The position numbers and the translations under genes are program-made. The notes under the pieces are model-generated. The model saw only the letters and a program-made list of their open reading frames with translations, searched no databases and had not been told where the DNA came from. From Trichomonas gallinae (taxonomy: Eukaryota): a DNA stretch of 49,912 nucleotides. Where the stretch lies: contig MRSU01001520.1 of assembly GCA_008369845.1 (NCBI GenBank), forward strand, positions 1-49,912, read 5' to 3'. This document shows, in pieces, positions 1 through 8,853 of the stretch. Each line of letters starts with the position of its first letter. The first letter of the stretch is position 1.

Positions 1-33
<33 letters not shown>
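1..33 (+). repeat. Poly(A) homopolymer, truncated by the window edge
   Basis: 33 consecutive A at positions 1-33. Confidence 0.95.
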
Positions 34-35
<2 letters not shown>

Positions 36-392
36 ACAAAGGATTATCGATTTAAAACTACATAACGATTATTATGCATTTAAAAAAATGATAATTTATA
101 TATCAGATGTAGATAATATGTAATAGATCATGATTATCACATAAAATAAAAAATATAACAATTCAATTTTTCAATTATCATTTTTCATTAGTTTTAAAAT
201 ATCCAGGCATTAAAGGATTTTAGGATTTTTACATTTGTTAACCTTTTTTTCCTATTTGCATTCAATTTTGGATTTTTTTTTGAATTGTATTCAATATTGA
301 ACTAATCAGATAGTGTTATAATACAAATTTAACAAATATTTTTTTCATACATTTTTTGATTTTTGAGTTGAAAATAATCGTTCATAACATCA

Positions 393-3377
393 ATGCTTGG
401 AATAACTTTCAAGACTTTATTGCATTCTCGGGTGCATTTCACTAGTGAACCATTAGTAGAAAATGGAGTTATGACTATATCCGAACTTGATGATATCAAC
501 GATGAAACAAAAATACAATCTTTAATACAAAATCAAAATGTGAACAAAATTATACTCTGTGGTGACAATATTGCCTCTATACCTACGTATAATTGCTTTA
601 AACTCATCGAAACATTCACAATAGATTCAGCTAACATCGTAGGGATACCAAAGAAGTTATTTCTAAATAGTTCCACTATTAAAACTGTAGAGTTATCTAG
701 GTCAGTTACCACAATTGGTGAAAAATCTTTCTTTATGTCATCAATTCATACAATAAATCTTGTAGAAGTACATTATATAGAGCAATTTGCATTTTATGGT
801 TGCACAAATCTTGAATCAATTACATTTGACTACTGTGATGAGATTGGTCAATACGCTTTTGCATATTGTTCCAGTCTTACTTCAGTAACAATAAATATAT
901 TTGTAAATTCCTTGGGCAGAGGCACATTTTATGGAACAGGATTTACAACCAATCCATCATCAATTGATCCAAACTATCTTGATGGTGCACCATTGGATAC
1001 AATAAAAATACATGACAGCTATTTCTTTCTGAATGTTATATTTCCAAAACTCAAACTTATTATAATTGAAAATAGTCCTATAAAAATTAGAGTCAATAAC
1101 CAGCCAAATCTTGAAGAGATTCGATTTACGGGTAGCGGAATACTACAAAGCCGGGACTATAATTTTGGAAACAATTTAAAACTCGCAAAAATCGATACTT
1201 CTAGATTCAGCACGTTTTCAAGTTTTATGTTCAACTACTGTAAATCTCTCAAGTCAGTCGATTTATCCAGCGCAGAAACAATATTTGATGCATTTATAGG
1301 ATGTTCAAATTTGGAAAAACTAACGGGATTGGAATCATCCAATAAAATTAATATATATGAGGGAGCTTTTTATAAATGCTATAAATTGAAAATTTCAATA
1401 ATCGATGCTAACAAGTTCAATTTTCAATGGTTGCCACAACCTAATCCTTTGAATGGTTTTTGTTTCTCGGGAGTTGAGTATGTTAAGTTCGCTTCCTTTG
1501 ATAAAATGCCGGGGTTGATTGGTTGCCCAAATTTGAAAAAAGTTGAGTTTCTTGATTCGTGTACATTTGCAAAAATCAAATCTAATGCATTTCTTAACTG
1601 TCCTTCGCTTCAAGAAATTATAATTCTTCCTACAATCACAGAAATTGAAAAAAATAGTTTCGTCAATTTGAATTTGACAACTTTTGATCTCAAAAATGTT
1701 GGCATAATACATAGCTGCGCGTTCAACAGATCAGGTATTAGAGAGCTTGTCATCAACAAAGATATCACTATCCCTGGATTAGATGATTTTTTGGATCTGA
1801 GCCCAATAGTTAATGAGGCTTGGATTGATGCAGATCGTGTTGTTAGGACACGATATTTATCCGATGAAAAGCAGTTTATTTTATATAACGAGCCAAATTT
1901 CGAGAAGGTTACATTAAAACATGGCGTGACAAAAACATATCTACAGAATATAAAGTCTTTTCATTCATTTACACTTGATGTCACTGAAAATGATATGTAT
2001 TCGATAGATAATAATGATAATTTCATATATTCTAATAATAAGCACGCTATTGAAGCAGTCTTGAGTTCCACCAGTACAAGCTATGTAGTTCCTGATTCCG
2101 TTTATATTATTCGTCCTTTTGCTTTCTCTCCAGCAGCCAACCTTGAAGAAATTACAATTAATTCAAACATCATATCATTTGACATGGTTTTTGCAAACTG
2201 CTTTAATTTGAAGACAGTAACAATAGCAAGCCCAATCACCTGCTTCCACTCAAAAATGTTCGCCAACTGTCCAAACCTTACAACAATTAATATACAGAGC
2301 ACTATTACTAAGATAGAAGATTCATGTTTTATTGGCTGTCAGAAAATTGATCTATCAGCATTCCCTAACTCTTTAGAATATATTGGTGCGTTTGCCTTCA
2401 TGAACTGCAATTCCATGACTAAAATCAATCTCGAAAAAGTCAAGTTAATTCCTCAATATTGTTTCTCAGGCTGCAACTCAATAATCATAGAAAACGCAAA
2501 TGCACTTGTTGAGATTGATCGTTTTGCATTTGCTAACAGTGGCATAACACAGTTCACTTGTCCTTCTACTCTTGTAGAAATTTACGAATCAGCGTTCAAG
2601 GACTGCACCAAACTCAATACATTTGTCATTGGCACAGGATTGAAGAGAATATTAGCTGATGTTTTTATGAACACTTCTTTAACAAGTTTAGAAATTCCAA
2701 TCAATATTATATTGATCGATCCGCATGCATTTGACTACACTTTGAAAATCAAATTCACTTTTCCTAATGGGGAACATCCTATCTTTGCATTCAATGAAAA
2801 TTGCTTCTACAACAAACTAACAAAACAACTCATTTTCACATACGGCTTTATTGAAAATAGGTCACTCATTCTTCCACATGAAATTGAATATTACTCAATC
2901 TATAACGTGATAGATAATAAATATCCGGAGCCCACACCTTATCAATCATTTTTACAAATCATCGTTCATGAAAAAGCGCATCACCCTCATACATATATAT
3001 ACGGTTATAACTGGAATTATGATTTATGCTACTTGGGTATTCGGGAGCATACTTCTATAGGTACAAACCGTGATATGTTCAGAAAGTATAATGTTCCAAT
3101 GCCATGCCCTATGAAGAATAATACTTCTCCATATATTGCTGATAATTATCCAGCGGCTTATTTATACGGCAACGAAATATATAATGAGTCAAGAATATAT
3201 GATAATCTTTTAATAGAATGGTTTAGAGAAAAAGTACCAGAAGATAATCAAGTAAGAAGTGAAGTATATTTAGATTTAGAAGATTCTTATAATATGTTGA
3301 TATCAATTCTTTTAATAATTGCTACTTTAATGTTAATTGTAATTATTAGCTTACTAGTCATTCTTTCTAAATATTAA
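393..3377 (+). CDS. BspA-like leucine-rich repeat (TpLRR/LRR_5) surface protein with C-terminal transmembrane helix
   Basis: 994-aa ORF with many repeats of the type I-x-x-x-A-F-x-x-C-x-x-L-x-x-I (IEQFAFYGCTNLESI, IGQYAFAYCSSLTSV, IGAFAFMNCNSMTKI, IYESAFKDCTKLNTF). Hydrophobic C-terminus LISILLIIATLMLIVIISLLVIL. Confidence 0.9.
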   Translation: MLGITFKTLLHSRVHFTSEPLVENGVMTISELDDINDETKIQSLIQNQNVNKIILCGDNIASIPTYNCFKLIETFTIDSANIVGIPKKLFLNSSTIKTVELSRSVTTIGEKSFFMSSIHTINLVEVHYIEQFAFYGCTNLESITFDYCDEIGQYAFAYCSSLTSVTINIFVNSLGRGTFYGTGFTTNPSSIDPNYLDGAPLDTIKIHDSYFFLNVIFPKLKLIIIENSPIKIRVNNQPNLEEIRFTGSGILQSRDYNFGNNLKLAKIDTSRFSTFSSFMFNYCKSLKSVDLSSAETIFDAFIGCSNLEKLTGLESSNKINIYEGAFYKCYKLKISIIDANKFNFQWLPQPNPLNGFCFSGVEYVKFASFDKMPGLIGCPNLKKVEFLDSCTFAKIKSNAFLNCPSLQEIIILPTITEIEKNSFVNLNLTTFDLKNVGIIHSCAFNRSGIRELVINKDITIPGLDDFLDLSPIVNEAWIDADRVVRTRYLSDEKQFILYNEPNFEKVTLKHGVTKTYLQNIKSFHSFTLDVTENDMYSIDNNDNFIYSNNKHAIEAVLSSTSTSYVVPDSVYIIRPFAFSPAANLEEITINSNIISFDMVFANCFNLKTVTIASPITCFHSKMFANCPNLTTINIQSTITKIEDSCFIGCQKIDLSAFPNSLEYIGAFAFMNCNSMTKINLEKVKLIPQYCFSGCNSIIIENANALVEIDRFAFANSGITQFTCPSTLVEIYESAFKDCTKLNTFVIGTGLKRILADVFMNTSLTSLEIPINIILIDPHAFDYTLKIKFTFPNGEHPIFAFNENCFYNKLTKQLIFTYGFIENRSLILPHEIEYYSIYNVIDNKYPEPTPYQSFLQIIVHEKAHHPHTYIYGYNWNYDLCYLGIREHTSIGTNRDMFRKYNVPMPCPMKNNTSPYIADNYPAAYLYGNEIYNESRIYDNLLIEWFREKVPEDNQVRSEVYLDLEDSYNMLISILLIIATLMLIVIISLLVILSKY

Positions 3378-3605
3378 GCGCGTTAACTATCTTTTTATCC
3401 AATAAAAATGTTATTTTATGATGTGAATCAAATTTAAATAAAATCAAAATGTCTTTTTTCATATAAATCATATAAACCAACTTTTTTCATGTTGAAGAAT
3501 GCGCGGTAGTTCATCAAATCCTAATTTAATCTTATTAACAAGCGTTTTTATTACAAAATTTTCCTACTCAAAACTTGACAAAGCAACAATGACATTTTTT
3601 TAATC

Positions 3606-4535
3606 TTATAATAATATAAAAACGAGTAATGCATATTGAGGAGTGTTAATACATCGCTGAGCATTTCCACTGCAGTCGTATCCGTATACTTTGATTTCAG
3701 AAGTAAGTGATATATCAATTGTTGCAAACGGATCTACGTTTTTCCTATATTCGACATTTGATGTTATTATATTTGAAAAATCCAACTCATTATTATTTAT
3801 AATAACAGTGTTATAAAATGTTATTCTGTTATTTCCAACTTTTGGGTAACCAATCATTAGTATTTGAGATATATTGTTTGTATAAATAAAAGTGTTATTA
3901 ATTTTCAAATCAATATCCCATCCACAGGCAAAAAGATAATTTTGAGAAGATGCGTTTAATACATTAAAGTGTGCTAAATATGTTTGTGCTTGAAAACAAT
4001 AAAATAAGCTAGTTAAAGATGTAATTTGATTTGCAAGAAAATATTTTTGTGTATATTTTATGGTCGACCATGAATGCTCTAAAGCATTTCCTTCGCAATT
4101 CAAATTTGAGTAATTTAAGTTTGAAATATCACTAAATTGTGGTACATTTAACCTAAAACAGTTAAGTTGATATTCTAAATTAATAAATTCACAAAACTGG
4201 GATTCAAAATTTTGTGAATAGTTGGTATTAAATGAAGGATTATAAATTCTTACATTTATGTCTCTAAATAAACAAAAATTAATCTGCCCACTGCAAATAT
4301 TAACACTTGTGCTTCCTGTCGAGCCCAAATTTGTAAATGAGCATAAATCAATCTTAGTGTATGTTTTTACGAAAGAATTATAAGTATTTACAACAAAGTT
4401 GCTTTCATTCGAAGAAATATACTTGAACTGAGATGAATGTATTACAAAGTTGTTTTTGTTGATGAGTTCAACGCCGTGGAATAGTAATTTATTGTCCAAA
4501 TTGAATCAATCGTTGAATTTGAAGAAAATTTTTAT
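3606..4535 (-). pseudogene. Trichomonad orphan-family gene (Asn/Ser/Cys/Phe-rich, hydrophobic C-terminus) with a broken 5' end; probable pseudogene
   Basis: The 297-codon open frame 3606-4499 has no ATG near its 5' end (the track start is TTG). Upstream in frame: ATA(4535-4533) AAA ATT TTC TTC AAA TTC AAC GAT TGA(4508-4506) TTC AAT TTG GAC. AAAAGTGAC lies at 4551-4543 just upstream. Confidence 0.5.
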
Positions 4536-4824
4536 TTAAAAAGTCACTTTTCATACATTACAACGTTGTAATCATTGAAAAAGTGTCAACTTATTCAATT
4601 CTTCATTAAGCTTCATTTGTTATTAGAGAACATAAAAAATGTTATATTGGAGGACTTAAAGGTTAGATTAAAATTCAGGAAATTTACATGTCAGATTGTC
4701 AAAAGTTTTTAAATGAAAATTCGAATGTGATTGATAGGAAAATCAGAGTTAAAACAAATAAAAACTTGAGTTTGAGAAACAAAAAAGATGAGTTTTATAA
4801 GCAAATATAAATAATAAAATAAGA

Positions 4825-5811
4825 TTATTCTCTGTAGTACCTTGGAGTCTTGATTTCTATTCTCTCCTTTGGAAGACCTTCAACCGCAAACAAATAGTCG
4901 GTGTTTGGCTTAGCATCACCGAAGTAAACCGTTCCCCACTTATTTCCTTTACAAATAAACACTAAGCCAGGCCAGACCCTTGAGCACACTTTAACTACAT
5001 TAGAGTGTGTCGTTGTAGAGACGAACCAGCCGTTTGGAGGAAGTTCAGATGTTAATTTCGGCATCGCGTCAACAATTGCGTTTGGACGCTGCGTGTCTGA
5101 CATAACTTCTGGGTCCAGTCTGCAGAAGTCATCTAGCTTGGAATTAAGTGGTGCCCCCTTAAAGAGTGGATTTGGTTTAAGTTCGAAGGTTGATTTCCAA
5201 AGCAATGAGTCCTGTGGAAAGATGAGTCCGCGCTTATCGATGATGTGCACAAGCACAGCAAGACGCTGGTCTTCGCCGATCTGCGCTTCGATGTATTCTG
5301 GAAGATCTTCTTCTTCCTCTTCTGGTTCTGGCTCTTCTTCGTTTTCTGGTTCTTCTTCCTTTTGCTCCTCCTCTTCTTCGGGCTTTTCTTCCTCTTCTTC
5401 TTCGCCTTTTTCTGGCTTAGGTGGTAGTAATGGTTTCAAATCTTTGTAAGGTTCGGTATTTCTTGGGTGACGAACTGGTATTTTTTCGAGTGGTTGTCCT
5501 TTTATTGCTGTGCGGATGTTTGCAACGTCGTGAATGAGTTTTTCTGTAACTTTTGGTAAACCGAACCATGAAACACCGTCCAAAGAAGCATAAGGAGTAC
5601 GTGTTCCCATTAATCCACCTGTATAGCAAACGATGATTAAATAATTTCTTTCCGTTCCTTTAATTTTTCCCCAGAAATGAACTAAATCGTGATGAGCCCT
5701 TTCGCAGAGCAAAGAAACAGATGACTTCATTGCGACAAGCTCCAGTTTTGTTGGTGCGATGCCAAATCCTTCAAATTCTGTAGAAAGATCAGTCAACCAA
5801 CGGAAATCCAT
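4825..5811 (-). CDS. Flagellar radial spoke head protein (RSP9-like; RSP4/6/9 family)
   Basis: Motifs FWGKIKGTERNYLI, SLDGVSWFGLP, EDQRLAVLVHIID and SRVWPG...GTVYFGD, plus a Glu/Pro-rich insert. Confidence 0.75.
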   Translation of the reverse strand: MDFRWLTDLSTEFEGFGIAPTKLELVAMKSSVSLLCERAHHDLVHFWGKIKGTERNYLIIVCYTGGLMGTRTPYASLDGVSWFGLPKVTEKLIHDVANIRTAIKGQPLEKIPVRHPRNTEPYKDLKPLLPPKPEKGEEEEEEKPEEEEEQKEEEPENEEEPEPEEEEEDLPEYIEAQIGEDQRLAVLVHIIDKRGLIFPQDSLLWKSTFELKPNPLFKGAPLNSKLDDFCRLDPEVMSDTQRPNAIVDAMPKLTSELPPNGWFVSTTTHSNVVKVCSRVWPGLVFICKGNKWGTVYFGDAKPNTDYLFAVEGLPKERIEIKTPRYYRE

Positions 5812-5953
5812 TTGTAATTATACGTTAGTAGAAAAAAAATTGCAAAATTGCGATTTTATTTGATAAATAGATGCATATTAATATGCTTATTATATTTTCG
5901 GTAATTAAATCACAAAAAAACTGTTCTATTAGTGATTTTTTTCATAATTTTTG

Positions 5954-6967
5954 ATGGATTTTGGGTGTTTCTTGTTATGCTGATATCTATTCTATATGCA
6001 TTGTTCATGGGAAGAATTCTATCCAGGTACCCAGCCTTATAATAGAACCAAATATAGTTCAGAACCGGTTTCCCAAAATTCTGGATCCAAATATTACGTT
6101 TATCATTGCATATTCTTCAATTCAAAGCAAGGTGCAATAAAATTCGATTTATATTTATTATCAACAATGGTTTTAATTGAAGATACCCTATATTGGAGCT
6201 GCTCGAATACAGATACCGGAGGCACCCTGAAACTAGGAGGTATAGGTCAATTTGCACAAAACCGTATATGCAGCTATCAATCTAGAACTGTACGTTTAGG
6301 AACATTTTGTTCAACTAGTTTATCTATCAATGAATATCCATATAAAATCATTGATTCTTCTGTTGCTTCTTCAGGATACAAAGATAAAGGATATGATACA
6401 TTCTTCTGCTATGGAGCACCAAACATTTCAAACATAAACTCATCTGGGAATTCTGCTCTAGATAGATCCTTGTTTGCTATGATAGATTTGATAATGAATT
6501 CTACCATAATATTTTCAACTTTTGCTTCTAACACAAATACAGGAAATAAAAACTATGATTCAGGTTTTATTTGGATGAATCCATCATCATCGTGTTTTAT
6601 TCAGCGATGCAATTTTTTGAATAATGTTGGAGCAAATAGTGCATTAATATGGGGAATGGATATCGATTTGTATATTTCAAATTGCTGCTTCCATAGGAAT
6701 AAAAGATTCGGATATATTTTCAGCACGCAAGAATGTAATATGATTGTTGAAAACTGTTTCATCACTGATAAAATAAGTACTAATAATACTCCAACCCTCA
6801 AAAACAATAACCAAATCTACTATATATATGATCTATCGCATTTTTCGCCAGCTGATTGTACGGCAGAAAATCCTCCAATATTCACAGACAAAGAAGAAAC
6901 TCAAATCGCATTCTATTCATGCCATGATATGTACACATTTCTCATCTTCTATGCCTATTGCGAATAG
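5954..6967 (+). CDS. Trichomonad-expanded hypothetical protein (beta-helix-like CxFxxN repeats) with a disrupted N-terminal leader; intact frame is 5996-6967
   Basis: Repeated motifs HCIFFN, FSTFASN, RCNFLNN, NCCFHRN, and QNRICS. An in-frame upstream ATG at 5954 is followed by TGA at 5981-5983. Confidence 0.6.
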
Positions 6968-7588
6968 TCATAATATATATTAGAAATAAGTATATATTAT
7001 TGAAGAAAAAAAAGAAGGTAAGAAAAAAGAATGTGATTCGCTAAATTCAGAGATATATTGTGTGATAAATTAATGAATATGAGGCTATTATGGCAAATTA
7101 TTAGAATTAGGACTTAAATAAACAATAATGAGGAAAGAAAGTTAAAAATAATGAAATTAGCACAATATATGGGATTAATTATAGCTTTATTATGAGGTTC
7201 TTGCTATTAATTCACTGTGGTGCGCTACAATATCGAAAGTAGGATTAGAGAAAGTTCAGATCATGTAGTTAGCATGTGTTTTTTGATGTATTCTTAAAAT
7301 GACTATTATGCTGAGTATAGTCACAAGAATTTTCAAGGGATTATATAATTATTATTTTATTTTTTCAAATGTTTTTTTTTTAGTCAAAACGCATTTTCAC
7401 GATAAGCTGCCATAGAATTTTGGCATAGAGAAATCTTATTTTATATATATTTTGGAAATTTATTCTGGTTACATTGACGTAACAGAAAATATTATAAGAG
7501 ATGACAAATTAAAAGTAACGAAAAGGTTATTTTACGTGACAGAAAAATATTTTACAAATCAAAAGTGACAAAACATAATTTTTCTAAA

Positions 7589-8434
7589 ATGACTGGAATG
7601 AGCGATTATCAGCGATGGAGGTGCATGAAAGCATTGAACAAACTTTTCGAGTATTCGATATCAGATATGTTTTCAGAGCCTGTTGATCCGATTGCTGATG
7701 GCTGTCCAGATTATTTTGAAAAAATAGAACATCCTATTGATTTAGGAACAATTAAGTTGAAATTGCTCAACAATGAGTATAAAACAACAGATGAATTTAA
7801 ATACGAAGTAAATCTGGTTTGGGATAATTCATATAAATATAACGGTAAACAAGCGATAGTTTCTCACTTAGCAAAACAACTATCAGTCATTTTCAACAAG
7901 GAAGCCGAGTTTTTTACAGGTTATGATGCTTACGATTGGAAACGAGAATGCGAATTCCTCGAAGAAACTGTTGGTTTGAGAGGTGTTAACGCGAAACAAG
8001 CTTCATTACCACCCCCGCCACCACCAGTTGTTGAGAGAAAAGTTCCTCCGCCTCGTCCAAAGCGTCAAGTGTCAGCTCCTATCAAAGAGCCTCCATTGCC
8101 TTCGAAATCGACCAGATCTCGCTCTTCTAAGAAATCTCATGTTACTGTCGATTCTGTTACTCCAGTTGCTCCAGAAAGAAAAATTGAATTTCCAAAACTT
8201 CCGCCTTTTGAAATTCCACCTCTTACTGATGAAGAAAAGGAACAACTCGTCACAGAAATCAACTCTATTCAAATACAAGATTACGTTGATCAAATTTTCG
8301 CCTATATTCAGAATGTTAAACCAGAATTGGTTAAAAATGATGCTATTGAAGAATCAATTACCGAATTAGATGATCCTTCTATATTACATCTTCGATCAAT
8401 AGTTTCAGATATGAAAAAACATATTGCCATATAA
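7589..8434 (+). CDS. Bromodomain protein with Pro-rich linker and possible ET-like C-terminal domain
   Basis: FSEPVDPIADGCPDYFEKIEHPIDLGTIKLKL...Y...F..EVNLVWDNSYKYN is a canonical bromodomain with the conserved YN. The C-terminal LTDEEKEQLVTEINSI resembles BET ET domains. ATG at 7589 is in an AAAATG context; the track start is GTG. Confidence 0.9.
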   Translation: MTGMSDYQRWRCMKALNKLFEYSISDMFSEPVDPIADGCPDYFEKIEHPIDLGTIKLKLLNNEYKTTDEFKYEVNLVWDNSYKYNGKQAIVSHLAKQLSVIFNKEAEFFTGYDAYDWKRECEFLEETVGLRGVNAKQASLPPPPPPVVERKVPPPRPKRQVSAPIKEPPLPSKSTRSRSSKKSHVTVDSVTPVAPERKIEFPKLPPFEIPPLTDEEKEQLVTEINSIQIQDYVDQIFAYIQNVKPELVKNDAIEESITELDDPSILHLRSIVSDMKKHIAI

Positions 8435-8853
8435 TCAAGATACTAATATTAATAGAAATAAACTGTTTGTATATAATAACACTCAAAAAAAGCTATTTAT
8501 TTTACAAAATTCAAATATATCCTGTTAAATAATAATTGACACAATAAATATGCCACCAAAGATGACAATAGGATATAGACTCTATATATTTGCTATGAAA
8601 TAAACGAATATATCAATTTCAAAAATTGAAAATTTTTTATTAAATATTCTGATCATTTGTTCTTAACATTAGATTCTTTTGCTGTTACAGTGGCAATATA
8701 TGGGATATATTAAGTTGAAAATTTGATTGACTGCATCTGACAATAAAATTATTTTACGTGCCAAAAATATGAATAATGAATTTAGCCTCAATAATAAAGG
8801 GAATAAGCAATTTGATATGCATGGATAGTGAAAATAATGAAATTAATCAATAA

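Noticed and set aside
5093..5449. Ser-rich and Phe-rich + strand ORFs (5093-5449, 5245-5427)
   Set aside because: Antisense shadows of the GAA-rich acidic insert of the radial spoke gene.
4506..5983. Reassigned TGA (Trp or Sec) genetic code suggested by two in-frame TGAs
   Set aside because: TGA ends ordinary genes here (17925, 30571, 31863), Trp is TGG in the conserved genes, no conserved gene is interrupted, and no SECIS-like element was recognised.
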